A stretch of 64,000 nucleotides of DNA from Bacteroidaceae bacterium (GTDB lineage Bacteria; Bacteroidota; Bacteroidia; Bacteroidales; Bacteroidaceae): NCBI GenBank assembly GCA_024398595.1, contig JAKSIX010000001.1, positions 9,873-73,872 of the forward strand, written 5' to 3'. The translations under genes were made by a program, and so were the position numbers. The notes beneath the pieces were generated by a model. That model saw only the letters and a program-made list of their open reading frames with translations. It did not search any database and was not told where the DNA came from. Shown here one piece after another: positions 54,452 through 64,000 of this stretch (position 1 is the first letter of the stretch; each line of letters opens with the position of its first letter).

Positions 54452-55738
54452 ATGAGTAGAATTGGAATTATCATATCACGTGAGTTCAAGGAGAGGGTTC
54501 AGAAGAAATCCTTCATTATTATGACAATACTCACACCTGTCCTTATGATAGCACTCGGTGCCGCACCCACCCTGATGATGCTGCACAGCACAGGTGACGC
54601 AAAACAGATAGTCGTCGTAGACGATACCGAAGGCGCTTTCGTAGGCCGCGCTCTGAAATCAGGGTCACTCGTCAGTTTCCAATTGTTGGAAAACATGACC
54701 AGACAGGAAGCTATCGTGGCATATAGTGACGAGGACAAAGCCTTCGGTATCCTGTGGGTAGGCCGGGACTTTGTCAGACATCCGGACAATGTCAAGCTTA
54801 TCACCAACACATCATCCTCCGTGATGATTGAGGAAGAGATATCCGGCCAGTTGTCCGACATACTGAAAGTGGCAAGACTCCACGAATACAATATCGACAA
54901 CATTGAGCAGATTCTTGCCGATGCAGATGTAAAGGTATCGCTTGCGACAATGAAGAATGACGGCAGCGGAGACGACGGGAATATGGAACAGATGTCATCG
55001 GATATAGCGACAATGATAAGTCTGGTATTCGGAATGATGCTCTACATGTTCATCATAATCTACGGCCAGCAGGTTCTGGCCAGTGTCATCGAAGAGAAGC
55101 AGAGCCGCGTACTTGACGTAATGGTCACCTCCTGCACACCGTTTGAGATGATGATGGGCAAGATTCTTGGAATAGCAGCCGTAGCGGCCGTACAGGTGGC
55201 CATCTGGTGTGTGCTGATATCATTCGCAAGCCAATTCCTCATACCGATGATTCCTATGGAGGAGATGGAGAACCCTGCATTCGCATCTACCATATCCACG
55301 ACATTCGGAGATATATTCTACATACTGAAGCTGTTTGCAATGCTGCTGCTCTACATCATAGGAGGATTCCTGCTTTATGCCTCACTGTTCGCCGCTGCAG
55401 GCTCGGCTGTTGATGTGAATCAGGACGCGCAGCAGTTCAACACGATAATTATGCTGCCGATAATACTCGGACTCATCGTGATGATGTCTGTATTCAATGA
55501 CCCGAACTCACCCATGGCACTGTGGTTCTCGATAATACCGTTCACCTCACCTATAGTGATGATGGCACGTATTCCGTTCGACATACCATTCTGGCAGATT
55601 GCCGTATCACTGACAACACTGTACGCATCTTTCATCCTATCCACCTGGATAGCGGCAAGGATTTACAGAATCGGAATATTCATGCACGGCAAGAAACCGT
55701 CCTGGAAGGATCTCGGTTCGTGGCTCAGAACAAAATAA
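54452..55738 (+). CDS. ABC-2 type transporter permease (NatB-like)
   Basis: N-terminal TM, a large extracytoplasmic loop and then a cluster of 5 TMs. Follows the ATPase gene. Confidence 0.72.
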   Translation: MSRIGIIISREFKERVQKKSFIIMTILTPVLMIALGAAPTLMMLHSTGDAKQIVVVDDTEGAFVGRALKSGSLVSFQLLENMTRQEAIVAYSDEDKAFGILWVGRDFVRHPDNVKLITNTSSSVMIEEEISGQLSDILKVARLHEYNIDNIEQILADADVKVSLATMKNDGSGDDGNMEQMSSDIATMISLVFGMMLYMFIIIYGQQVLASVIEEKQSRVLDVMVTSCTPFEMMMGKILGIAAVAAVQVAIWCVLISFASQFLIPMIPMEEMENPAFASTISTTFGDIFYILKLFAMLLLYIIGGFLLYASLFAAAGSAVDVNQDAQQFNTIIMLPIILGLIVMMSVFNDPNSPMALWFSIIPFTSPIVMMARIPFDIPFWQIAVSLTTLYASFILSTWIAARIYRIGIFMHGKKPSWKDLGSWLRTK

Positions 55739-55755
55739 CAGATACTCCGGCAAGC

Positions 55756-56868
55756 ATGAAATGCGGACTCAGACAATTGGCAATCCTTTCATTGTCCATC
55801 CTGACCTCAGCCTGTCACGACTCAGGGAACCGGGCTTCCGATAACATTCTCGAATATCCGGAATTCATTACCGTAAGTCTGGAAGGGCAGGATTGCATCA
55901 GCGCGACAGTGATGAATCCCTGGAAAAAGGGCAGAATACTGCACTCATATATATTGTGCGGAAAAGACAGGAATGACAGCATTTCCTCACGCGGAAAAAG
56001 TCTGGTTCACATTCCCCTGCAACGTGTCATCGTGATGAACAACAGCCATTGCAGGCTATTGTCGGAATTGGGCATCGCACACTCCATAGCCGGAGTGTGC
56101 GAATCCGGATACATATCCGACCCTGTCATATTGGCCGGAATCAAGGACGGGAGCATAACAGACTGCGGCAACAGTATGTACCCGAGTATAGAGAAGATTA
56201 TAGAACTGCACCCGGATGCAATCCTGCTGTCTCCGTTTGAAGACAGCGGATACGGTCAGCTGGAAAAACTCGGCATCCCATTGATAGAATGTGCCGACTA
56301 TATGGAGACCTCGCCGTTGGGACGTGCCGAGTGGATGAGATTCTACGGATTGCTGTTCGGCGTAGGAGACAAGGCAGACTCCCTGTTCGAGAGTGTGAGT
56401 TCCAGCTATACAGGCATAAAGGAAAAAGCATCCGGATATAGTGCAAGACCCAAAGTCATGCTTGACACCAAAGGAGGTGCGGCCTGGTATATGGCAGGTG
56501 GCAGGAGTACTGTCGGACAGCTTATATCAGATGCGGGCGGCGAATACGTTCTGGCCGATGACAATCATCCCGGTGCAATTCCACTGTCATTTGAATCTGT
56601 ATATGAGAAAGCCTCCGATTCAGATATCTGGCTGCTTAAAAACAGTATGACAAAAAATCTCACGTATGCTGCACTTGCACAGGATTTCCAGTCATATTCG
56701 CGTTTCAAACCATATCAGACCCGCAACATCTGGGTCTGCAATGTATACGAGACCCCCTATTTTGAGATTACTCCATTCCACCCGGAGCTGCTGCTGCAGG
56801 ACTTTGTCTCAATATTCCACACAAACGGCACTGACAGCGTCCGTTTCTATGCCCCCATGCAGGAATAG
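55756..56868 (+). CDS. ABC transporter substrate-binding lipoprotein (BtuF/FhuD-like, iron-siderophore/cobalamin class)
   Basis: Start trimmed to the ATG at 55756 (MKCGLRQLAILSLSILTSAC lipobox). Periplasmic-binding-protein type 2 pattern (RVIVMNNSHCRLLSELG, HPDAILLSPFE). Confidence 0.7.
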   Translation: MKCGLRQLAILSLSILTSACHDSGNRASDNILEYPEFITVSLEGQDCISATVMNPWKKGRILHSYILCGKDRNDSISSRGKSLVHIPLQRVIVMNNSHCRLLSELGIAHSIAGVCESGYISDPVILAGIKDGSITDCGNSMYPSIEKIIELHPDAILLSPFEDSGYGQLEKLGIPLIECADYMETSPLGRAEWMRFYGLLFGVGDKADSLFESVSSSYTGIKEKASGYSARPKVMLDTKGGAAWYMAGGRSTVGQLISDAGGEYVLADDNHPGAIPLSFESVYEKASDSDIWLLKNSMTKNLTYAALAQDFQSYSRFKPYQTRNIWVCNVYETPYFEITPFHPELLLQDFVSIFHTNGTDSVRFYAPMQE

Positions 56869-56877
56869 GGAATCTGA

Positions 56878-58113
56878 CTACACACTGATTCTGGCTCTGA
56901 TACGTTCCCTCACCTCAGCCCTTTTGTCTCTGAGATATTTTGCCCCCGGAATATCGTAGAACCTGTACATCCTTATATATATCAGCATTGACACCAGGAA
57001 ATAGGCTCCGGACTGTATCCAAAGGCATACATACTCCCGTTTGACATCCACAAGCGAGGCTGCCATGCCGGACAGTCTGACAAATCCGTTGATACCGAAT
57101 GTTGAGGGGAAGCAATACGACAGACCCCTCCAGAATCCGGGGATGGCAGACGATGGCCAGGAAATTCCCGACATGAAAAGTATAGGCACCGATGCAAATA
57201 CAAAGAGCAGGAAACAGGACTCACGGTCTCTGACAAAATAAGAGACTGTTATGGCAAAGAATATACAGGAGAGCAGGAGCGGAACCATGAACAGCACCAA
57301 ATCCATAGGCTGCCACAACTGGGGCAAATCAAACATCAGTGGAACCAGGCACAGCACGTACAGGCTCACGAAGGCATAAATCAGGAAATAACACAATCCC
57401 TTACCAAGCAGCACCGCCATAGGGTTCTCATAATGACTTGACAGAAAAATCACACCTCTGCGGCGACGCTCGGTCTCCGTTCCTGCAAGCATCGATATGC
57501 CGAGAACCAGAGTCTGTTGGATTACGACAATCAGCACAGCCGGGATTATGAAAGAACAGAACCCATTCTGAGGATTGGCCATTGCCACATACTCATAGCT
57601 GATAGGCTGGACCGTATTTTCCTTCTCAGCATTGGAACGTCCTGACAGACGGGCCATCTTTATGTCCTTGTTCATTGAAAGCGACACCTTGGTACATCCG
57701 CTCAGCAGAGCCTTATAGTAGAGCATACCGCTCATATCGCAATACAGATTAACCGTACTCTGCCTCCCCGCAGCCACTTCCTTGGAAAACTCCTTAGGAA
57801 CGTGGATAAGCCCGTATGCCTTGTGCTTCCGTATCAGTTCACGCGCTTCCTCCATATCGGAGCAGTACGATATTATCTTCAGGTCGGCAGTAGCATCGGA
57901 CTTACGCAGGAATTCACGGCTCAATGACGAACGGCACTCATCAACGGCAACGACAGGCACTTCGTGAACCACCTCATTGCTATACAGATATGCATACAGC
58001 AGAGGATAGCCCATAGGGACTATGAAAAAGAATACCAACGCGCCGACATCGGTAAAAGCCTTCTTCAACTCACGCAGTGCAACCTCAAATATGCTTCCAA
58101 TGAACTTTTTCAT
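56878..58113 (-). CDS. ABC-2 family transporter permease (YhhJ/YbhR-like)
   Basis: N-terminal TM, a large periplasmic loop and a C-terminal 5-TM bundle. Last gene of the TolC-HlyD operon. Confidence 0.72.
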   Translation of the reverse strand: MKKFIGSIFEVALRELKKAFTDVGALVFFFIVPMGYPLLYAYLYSNEVVHEVPVVAVDECRSSLSREFLRKSDATADLKIISYCSDMEEARELIRKHKAYGLIHVPKEFSKEVAAGRQSTVNLYCDMSGMLYYKALLSGCTKVSLSMNKDIKMARLSGRSNAEKENTVQPISYEYVAMANPQNGFCSFIIPAVLIVVIQQTLVLGISMLAGTETERRRRGVIFLSSHYENPMAVLLGKGLCYFLIYAFVSLYVLCLVPLMFDLPQLWQPMDLVLFMVPLLLSCIFFAITVSYFVRDRESCFLLFVFASVPILFMSGISWPSSAIPGFWRGLSYCFPSTFGINGFVRLSGMAASLVDVKREYVCLWIQSGAYFLVSMLIYIRMYRFYDIPGAKYLRDKRAEVRERIRARISV

Positions 58114-58118
58114 AAGAA

Positions 58119-59291
58119 TCAGTATGTATATTCATAGTGCAGTGCCGCATGTTTGAGAAGCCTCAAATCTATCAGAGGCATCAATGCAAAACCGAGCAAA
58201 GCCAAGTAGAACCAGCTTGAATAATGGATAGGCAGGCCATCCAATGCCTGATCTACATATATCAGGAAATAATACCTCAGAGGAAAAAGATATGACAAGG
58301 CCTTTAACGCCGGTGGCATCGCCATAACGGGAAAAGAGAAGCCCGCAATGGGAATTGACAGGACACCCCACAATGTAGAGAGGCTGAGAGCCCATCTGAG
58401 CGAAGGAATGGCCGAGCATATAAACAGGGCAAAGCCCTCCGATGCAAGCACCAGCAATACCCCGGCAAGTATCATTGGCCAGATGGGATTATTCAACGGA
58501 AAAGCCAGATACCCGTAAAGCCATATCTGTGCCCCGCACACCATAAGACAGAACACGAGGGTCTGGGGAAGCAGTTTACCTGCAACAGCCACATAGACAT
58601 TGCCCCCGGCCATTTCCATCCACGCCTTGGAACTTCCGTCTTTCAGTTCCGTATGTACGGAAAATGCCGTAACCAGCATTATCATAAGCATTATCACTGC
58701 CGGTATGAGCGTATTGTTCAGATATATCGAATAACTCAGCCACGGATTTCCTACAGCACGCATATCCATTTTTATAGGTTGTAGAAAGCCCATCGCCTGA
58801 TCCATGGTATATCCCCTTGCCAACAGCATTTCCCGTCCGACACCCGCCGAAGCGTACTCGGACATCATTGTCATATCCCGGTACAACAGCGATGCCGGTA
58901 CCAGATATGCGGCATTCGTATAGAATGACACCTTAGCCTGCTCAAACCTCTGGGCCTTCTGCGTCGTTCCTTCCGGAATATAATAGATACCGTAAATCTC
59001 ACCGCGCTGCATGGCATTCCTGGCATCGATGAAATTGGGATACTGACTGACTATCTGTGTCTGCTGGAACGAGTCCAGATTACGGAGTATCCTTCTCGTC
59101 ACAGCGGTATTGTCATCATCGACCACACCGGCAGGGAGATTCTGCGGCAAACCCTCCTTCATCAGACTTGTGAAATAGATGAAGCAGAACAACGGCGCCC
59201 CTATCATACACAGCATATACAGCGGACGCTGCATCATACGTACGACTTCCCTCCGCGACAACCTGTATATCCTGCTCTCCTTGAACTCCAT
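58119..59291 (-). CDS. ABC-2 family transporter permease (YhhJ/YbhS-like)
   Basis: Same architecture as its neighbour, from which it is separated by 5 bp. Confidence 0.72.
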   Translation of the reverse strand: MEFKESRIYRLSRREVVRMMQRPLYMLCMIGAPLFCFIYFTSLMKEGLPQNLPAGVVDDDNTAVTRRILRNLDSFQQTQIVSQYPNFIDARNAMQRGEIYGIYYIPEGTTQKAQRFEQAKVSFYTNAAYLVPASLLYRDMTMMSEYASAGVGREMLLARGYTMDQAMGFLQPIKMDMRAVGNPWLSYSIYLNNTLIPAVIMLMIMLVTAFSVHTELKDGSSKAWMEMAGGNVYVAVAGKLLPQTLVFCLMVCGAQIWLYGYLAFPLNNPIWPMILAGVLLVLASEGFALFICSAIPSLRWALSLSTLWGVLSIPIAGFSFPVMAMPPALKALSYLFPLRYYFLIYVDQALDGLPIHYSSWFYLALLGFALMPLIDLRLLKHAALHYEYTY

Positions 59292-59306
59292 ATCAGCCAG
59301 CGTGTA

Positions 59307-60296
59307 TTATTTGCCGAGCAATGCCGTCATGCCGGGACGCAGGCCATCCACCTTGGATACCGGCACTCCCCTTACCTCGAATGTCTTCAGGTCATACTGT
59401 CCGCTGGCCTTCGTTGCCTTCCACGCGGCATACGACCCCAAATCCTTTATATACGTAATTTCCACATCGGCATACACATCCAATGCCGGAATATAGGCAC
59501 TCTGCACACTGCCCATAGTCAGTTCCTTCAGCCTGTCCTCGCGGACGTTGAATGAAATCCACGTCCTGTCCATCACGGCGATGTTCATAACCGGTGCGCC
59601 AGTTCCAACCAGTTCGCCTACCATCGGGAATATCTCACTGACCTCACCATCGTCCGATGCCAGCAGGAATGTCTCGTCAATATAGGAGCTCACCTCTGCA
59701 ACAACGCCCTCGGCCTGATGCATCTGGGCCGCTGCCATAGCCTTTATCTCCTTCTCGGCACCATTCTTCGCCATTGTATATTGGGCGAGTGCAGCCTGCT
59801 CCGTAGCAACCGCAGCATCATACTGGGCTTTGGCCTCATCGCGTTTCTGCTCACTCACCACACCCTGGTTGAACAGATTCTCCACGCGCCTGTATGATTT
59901 CTCCATTATCTCCAGCCCGGCCTTCGCCTTCTGCCATATCTCGTAAGTGGCCATCACCTCCTCTTCACGGGCACCCTTCTGTGCCTTCGCGTTCTGAGCC
60001 GTAGCAGCCACACGTACGGCCTCAGCCTGAGCCATCTTGGCCTCTATGTCGGGAGCCTCAAGTACAGCAAGGGTATCACCGGCCTTTACACGCTGCCCTT
60101 CCGATACCCGCAACTCAAGAATACGGCCCGGCACCTTGCTTGACACACGATACTCACTGGCCTCAGCCTGACCCTGTATAAAGTCAGCCTCCTCACGATG
60201 GAACGCGATTACACCGACCACGCATACAAGTATGATTATCACCACAAAAGAAGTCAACGCCAAAATGATATTGGCTCTTTGAGCTTTATGTTCCAT
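59307..60296 (-). CDS. HlyD family secretion (periplasmic adaptor) protein
   Basis: Start trimmed to the ATG at 60296 (MEHKAQRANIILALTSFVVIIILV membrane anchor). Lipoyl-like VSEGQRVKAGDTLAVLE, a long coiled coil and a beta-barrel domain. Confidence 0.8.
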   Translation of the reverse strand: MEHKAQRANIILALTSFVVIIILVCVVGVIAFHREEADFIQGQAEASEYRVSSKVPGRILELRVSEGQRVKAGDTLAVLEAPDIEAKMAQAEAVRVAATAQNAKAQKGAREEEVMATYEIWQKAKAGLEIMEKSYRRVENLFNQGVVSEQKRDEAKAQYDAAVATEQAALAQYTMAKNGAEKEIKAMAAAQMHQAEGVVAEVSSYIDETFLLASDDGEVSEIFPMVGELVGTGAPVMNIAVMDRTWISFNVREDRLKELTMGSVQSAYIPALDVYADVEITYIKDLGSYAAWKATKASGQYDLKTFEVRGVPVSKVDGLRPGMTALLGK

Positions 60297-60312
60297 AACG
60301 ATATTGATTTTT

Positions 60313-61818
60313 TTAATTATTCCACATTCCTGTTGCCTTGCGCAGATACACATTGGCCATTATCCTGTCAATACGTGCGTCTATCTCCTCCGAACGCGCC
60401 TGCATCCAGGCTGTCTGTGCCTGCATTACTACAGAGGACTCAAGAACACCCTCGCTGAAACCGACATTGGCCATACGCAGGTTCTCTTCCGCATTCTCCA
60501 TATTCTTTCCTGCCATCGCCAGCCTGACTTCAGCCTCATCTATCTTCTTCTCATATTGGGATACCTGCAAGGATATTTTCTCCCGGGCATCGTCCAGCTG
60601 ATACTTTGCTATCAGCGCATCAGACCTGGCATGTCTCACCTTGTTCATACCTTCCCCGAAATGGAACACCGGGACTCTGGCAACGACACTGACATTCCAC
60701 AATCCGTGGAAGCTCTTGTCAAAACCGTTTGACAGATTCGGATTAGTCAGGACGTAATTGCCCATAACGGCCAGTGCCGGCAGATAATCAGACTTGACTA
60801 TCTTTGTCTTCTGGTCATACATCTTTACCGCGAGACGGAGGCTCTTCAGTTCCGTACGGTTTTCCTCTATATCGCTGACGGTATATTCCAACGGCCTGAT
60901 ATCATCATCAATGACTATCCCGTTCTCATCGGCAAGTGTTATATCACTGTCTATCTCAAGTCCGCAGAGCTGACAAAGCAGCATCTTTGAGAGTGCCAGA
61001 CCATTCTTTGCCTTGACCTGAATCATTTCGGCCTCATTCAGCTTTACTTTAACCGAAAGCTGGTCAGACATGGTGGCCACGCCCTCCCGTCTCATTTTTT
61101 CCACATCCGAGTTCAAATTCTGCAGAAGCCCGACATACTGATCCGCCAGTTTCAGCTTGGCCGCAATCGATACAATCTGCCAGTAAGCCTCGTCCGTAGT
61201 AACGATTATCTTGCCTTCCTCCCCCTTAAGCTGGACTTCGGCAAGTTCCTGCGCATAACCGGCAACCTTATTGTAGGCACGTATCTTGCCACCGGCATAC
61301 AAAGGTTCCTCAAGCGTAACGGCACCGACGAACACATTGGTGACATCAAACTGGAACTTCTCTGCCACCTTCTGACCGATAGCGTTCAACGGCCCTTCTA
61401 TATCCAGCGCACTGGCCTGACTGATAAGATACCTCATCCCGGGATCCGCAAGCATGGTTACCCAGAACTCAGGGTCAGCCATCATCTGCGTGATGTATTG
61501 CTCCATTCCCGAACTGACTGCCGTGCCGATACCTGACAAGGTTGATACAGCCGCATTGTCAAGCATTGATATTCCTTCGCTGTTATGCATATACGCTCCC
61601 GTCACCGACAATTTGGGAAGATAGTTCGAACGTGCGGTCTTTCTGTCGTATTCCGCAGCGTTTGACTTCTCCCTGGCGATTGCCAGATTATGGTTGTTCC
61701 GGACGGCCAGTTCCCTGCACTCCTGAAGAGACAGGACACGCTGCGCCCCTGCGTTCACACCTGCTGCTGTCAAGGCAAAGACGAGCAACAGGTTTCTGAT
61801 ATATGACCTTACTCTCAT
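60313..61818 (-). CDS. TolC family outer membrane efflux protein
   Basis: Start trimmed to the ATG at 61818 (MRVRSYIRNLLLVFALTAAGVNAGAQ). Typical LSLQECRELAVRNNHNLAIA start and duplicated OEP repeats. Confidence 0.85.
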   Translation of the reverse strand: MRVRSYIRNLLLVFALTAAGVNAGAQRVLSLQECRELAVRNNHNLAIAREKSNAAEYDRKTARSNYLPKLSVTGAYMHNSEGISMLDNAAVSTLSGIGTAVSSGMEQYITQMMADPEFWVTMLADPGMRYLISQASALDIEGPLNAIGQKVAEKFQFDVTNVFVGAVTLEEPLYAGGKIRAYNKVAGYAQELAEVQLKGEEGKIIVTTDEAYWQIVSIAAKLKLADQYVGLLQNLNSDVEKMRREGVATMSDQLSVKVKLNEAEMIQVKAKNGLALSKMLLCQLCGLEIDSDITLADENGIVIDDDIRPLEYTVSDIEENRTELKSLRLAVKMYDQKTKIVKSDYLPALAVMGNYVLTNPNLSNGFDKSFHGLWNVSVVARVPVFHFGEGMNKVRHARSDALIAKYQLDDAREKISLQVSQYEKKIDEAEVRLAMAGKNMENAEENLRMANVGFSEGVLESSVVMQAQTAWMQARSEEIDARIDRIMANVYLRKATGMWNN

Positions 61819-61848
61819 ACGCAAGATTTTTCTTAATTCAACAGACTG

Positions 61849-61856
61849 CAAAGGTA
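61849..61856 (-). promoter_or_regulatory. Candidate -7 box (TAnnTTTG on the minus strand) for the TolC-HlyD-ABC-2 operon
   Basis: CAAAGGTA on the plus strand equals TACCTTTG on the minus strand, 31 nt upstream of the ATG at 61818. Confidence 0.4.
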
Positions 61857-61924
61857 GCCATTTTCCAAGACTTGAGATGTTTAAAAAAATATAAAAAAAA
61901 GAGAATGCATCAATTGAGAAACTG

Positions 61925-61932
61925 TATCTTTG
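61925..61932 (+). promoter_or_regulatory. Candidate -7 box (TAnnTTTG) for the beta-barrel OMP gene
   Basis: TATCTTTG lies 16 nt upstream of the ATG at 61948. Confidence 0.4.
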
Positions 61933-61947
61933 CAAAAAATATCAGGT

Positions 61948-62568
61948 ATGAAAACTTTTGGGAAATTCATCATCACTGCACTGCTCATCGCTTTGAGCCA
62001 GAATACAATGGCACAGTTCGAGGTCGGACTGCACGGAGGTTATTCCGGCCATTGGATACTTGACACGGCACTGAACGGTAACGAGTCCATACATCCTCAC
62101 AATGGCTATTACGCTGGAATAATCGGGAGCTGCACATTCAACAATGACATCCTGATTGAGACCCAGATAAACTATGCGTCCAAAGGACATTCTGACATAA
62201 GCATGAACGACGGTCATTACAAACGCGACCTGTATTATCTTGACATACCTGTCTTCATCGGATACCGCCTCAACTGGAGACTGAGCCTTATGGCCGGAGC
62301 CCAGTTCGGATATCTGCTGCGGGCAAAGAAGAATACCGAAGGTAACGTCATAGACGGCAGAGATGACTGCTATCCCTGCAACGCTTCTCTGGTAGGGCAA
62401 TGCACTTTCATGTTTACCGACAGGTTCGGCCTGAACGCCACATTCGACTATGCCCTTACAAGGACATTCAACAGACCATATACAAACAACGACGGTAAAA
62501 TCGAAGAGGATCCGGGACACAATATCGGATTTCAGGTAGGAATCTGCTATAAACTGGAGATTGACTGA
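61948..62568 (+). CDS. Outer membrane beta-barrel (porin family / OmpA-like barrel) protein
   Basis: Start trimmed to the ATG at 61948 (MKTFGKFIITALLIALSQNTMAQ). Alternating amphipathic strands. Ends ...GFQVGICYKLEID, which is not a canonical C-terminal aromatic. Confidence 0.6.
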   Translation: MKTFGKFIITALLIALSQNTMAQFEVGLHGGYSGHWILDTALNGNESIHPHNGYYAGIIGSCTFNNDILIETQINYASKGHSDISMNDGHYKRDLYYLDIPVFIGYRLNWRLSLMAGAQFGYLLRAKKNTEGNVIDGRDDCYPCNASLVGQCTFMFTDRFGLNATFDYALTRTFNRPYTNNDGKIEEDPGHNIGFQVGICYKLEID

Positions 62569-62585
62569 CTTTCACATCCGGGAGT

Positions 62586-63611
62586 ATGGGAATTCGGACA
62601 AGGCACGTCTGCATAGCACTGTCAGCTGCAATTCTTATTCTCATATCAGTGAACCTCTGCATCGGAACAGTGCATATCCCGTTAAAGAACACAATATCTG
62701 TACTGACAGGTGGTACCACAGGCAGGGAGAGCTGGGATTTCATCATTCTGCAGTCAAGGATACCCTCCACGCTTACAGCCATATTGGCAGGACTCTCGCT
62801 GTCCGCTTCCGGACTTATATTGCAGACTGCGTTCAACAACCCGCTGGCAGGTCCTGACATACTTGGCATAAACGGCGGTGCCGGATTGGGAGTAGCAGTG
62901 GTAATGATGCTTCTGGGAGGCATAACCGCAGGGACGGCATCTCCCGGTGGAAGTGTGTCCGTCATTGCCGGCGCATTCATAGGAGCTATGGCAGTTATGG
63001 GTATCATTCTGCTGTTGTCGGCACGGCTCAACAGCCCGGTAATGCTTCTCATCGCAGGTATAATGGTAAGCTACCTGACATCTGCAGCCATATCGCTGCT
63101 GAACTTTTTCTCCACGGCAGAAGGCGTACACTCATATATGATGTGGGGTATGGGCAATTTCGGAGGTGTCACGCTGGGGCAGATTCCGGTTTACGGAACG
63201 GCCACCCTTGCAGGACTGGCCATTGCCGTCTGCCTCACAAAAGCGTTGAACGCCATGCTGCTCGGACAGTACTACGCTGAGAATCTCGGAATCAACATCA
63301 GGCGCACCAGAACGCTGCTCCTGATTTCCACGGGCATTATGGTGGCTACCACCACCGCTTTCTGCGGACCTGTATCATTCATAGGTCTGGCTGTACCGCA
63401 TATTGCCCGTCTGCTTCTGAACAACGGGAACCATCGGAGTCTGATGCCGGTATGTCTGCTGGCCGGAGCCGCTACGGCCCTTCTGTGCAACACCGTCAGC
63501 ATACTGCCTGGAGACCGCGGTCTGATACCGCTGAATGCCGTCACCCCCGCAATCGGTGCTCCGGTCATACTGTATGTCCTGATAAAAGGGAAGCAGAATA
63601 TAAGGCAATAG
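62586..63611 (+). CDS. FecCD family (BtuC-like) iron/cobalamin ABC transporter permease
   Basis: 341 aa, about 10 TMs. Typical segments ILQSRIPSTLTAILAGLSLSASGLILQ and FIGLAVPHIARLL. Confidence 0.85.
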   Translation: MGIRTRHVCIALSAAILILISVNLCIGTVHIPLKNTISVLTGGTTGRESWDFIILQSRIPSTLTAILAGLSLSASGLILQTAFNNPLAGPDILGINGGAGLGVAVVMMLLGGITAGTASPGGSVSVIAGAFIGAMAVMGIILLLSARLNSPVMLLIAGIMVSYLTSAAISLLNFFSTAEGVHSYMMWGMGNFGGVTLGQIPVYGTATLAGLAIAVCLTKALNAMLLGQYYAENLGINIRRTRTLLLISTGIMVATTTAFCGPVSFIGLAVPHIARLLLNNGNHRSLMPVCLLAGAATALLCNTVSILPGDRGLIPLNAVTPAIGAPVILYVLIKGKQNIRQ

Positions 63612-63616
63612 CGTCA

Positions 63617-64000
63617 TCACCCCCTACGGCGCAGGCACTTGTCCATCGTACAGATATTGCAGGTATAAGGCATCCTGCGGACATCGGCTCCTATGCCGAT
63701 TATGCCGCTTACCGATTTTTCAGGCATCATCAGACAGGACTCGGTCAGAGTCACACCGCAGGGATGACCATCCGGAAACAGGCTGAACAGGAGAGGCTGC
63801 TGGGAAACAGACCATCCGCAGTAACCGGGACTGAAACGGTTGGTATATCCCAGACCGCTCTGATACAGGTATTCATGTAAGCGTTTTTCCATAAAGTCGG
63901 CAGTGCTTTCAACAATCTGACTGCCAATACAGTCGGCCACATAGCTCTGCAGCACATCGCCACGGTCCGATACAAGCCGCATCCATTGTCTCCAGCCCTC
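63617..64000 (-). CDS. Vitamin-B12-dependent methionine synthase activation-domain-like protein (C-terminal part; 5' end outside the window)
   Basis: The frame stays open through base 64000, upstream of the first Met. Segment SPGYCGWSVSQQPLLFSLF...GVTLTESCLMMPEKSVSGIIGIG matches my recollection of the Met_synt_B12 domain. Confidence 0.5.
   Translation of the reverse strand, partial: EGWRQWMRLVSDRGDVLQSYVADCIGSQIVESTADFMEKRLHEYLYQSGLGYTNRFSPGYCGWSVSQQPLLFSLFPDGHPCGVTLTESCLMMPEKSVSGIIGIGADVRRMPYTCNICTMDKCLRRRG

Noticed and set aside
1-64000. Search for defence systems, toxin-antitoxin pairs, prophage or integrase genes, and rRNA/tRNA genes
   Set aside because: No ORF-track translation showed nuclease/ATPase/methylase defence signatures, phage structural motifs or integrase motifs. 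No intergenic region is large or structured enough for rRNA or tRNA genes.

Overview
This 64-kb chromosomal window looks like a Bacteroidales (Bacteroidota) genome. It has a SusC/SusD pair, many lipoproteins, TAnnTTTG-type -7 boxes just upstream of start codons, and roughly 50% GC by eye (not computed). Most of it is core metabolism and DNA repair: the 3' part of purL, a split chromate-transporter pair, TrpB2, nadE, an SDR, MarR, a VOC protein, uvrA, pgeF, nifJ (PFOR), purN, cstA, a PEP/pyruvate-binding protein, gdhA, an epimerase, an FkbO-like chorismatase, recJ, recQ, DAHP synthase/chorismate mutase, two ABC-2 systems, a TolC/HlyD efflux operon and BtuF/FecCD-type parts. A 16-kb minus-strand SusC/SusD locus (3.2-19.3 kb) combines GH10 and GHL10 glycosidases with a zinc metallohydrolase lipoprotein and a C10 cysteine peptidase. 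Three things are not explained by ordinary gene annotation. (i) A ~164-bp long-hairpin intergenic element occurs in three near-identical, same-orientation copies, plus a 49-bp arms-only derivative and solo-arm relics. It is flanked by direct TAA, brackets uvrA and abuts promoters, so it resembles a MITE or Correia element. (ii) A small decayed island (32.8-35.0 kb) holds a HUH/Y1 RAYT-like transposase, flanked on both sides by clusters of the palindrome GTGTGCGCACAC, next to a truncated lipoprotein pseudogene. (iii) A 916-aa single-chain ABC importer has the order permease, TM, circularly permuted binding domain, TM, ATPase, unknown C-terminal domain. I saw no rRNA, tRNA, CRISPR array, prophage or recognisable defence system. 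All family assignments come from reading motifs in the supplied translations; no database search was possible.
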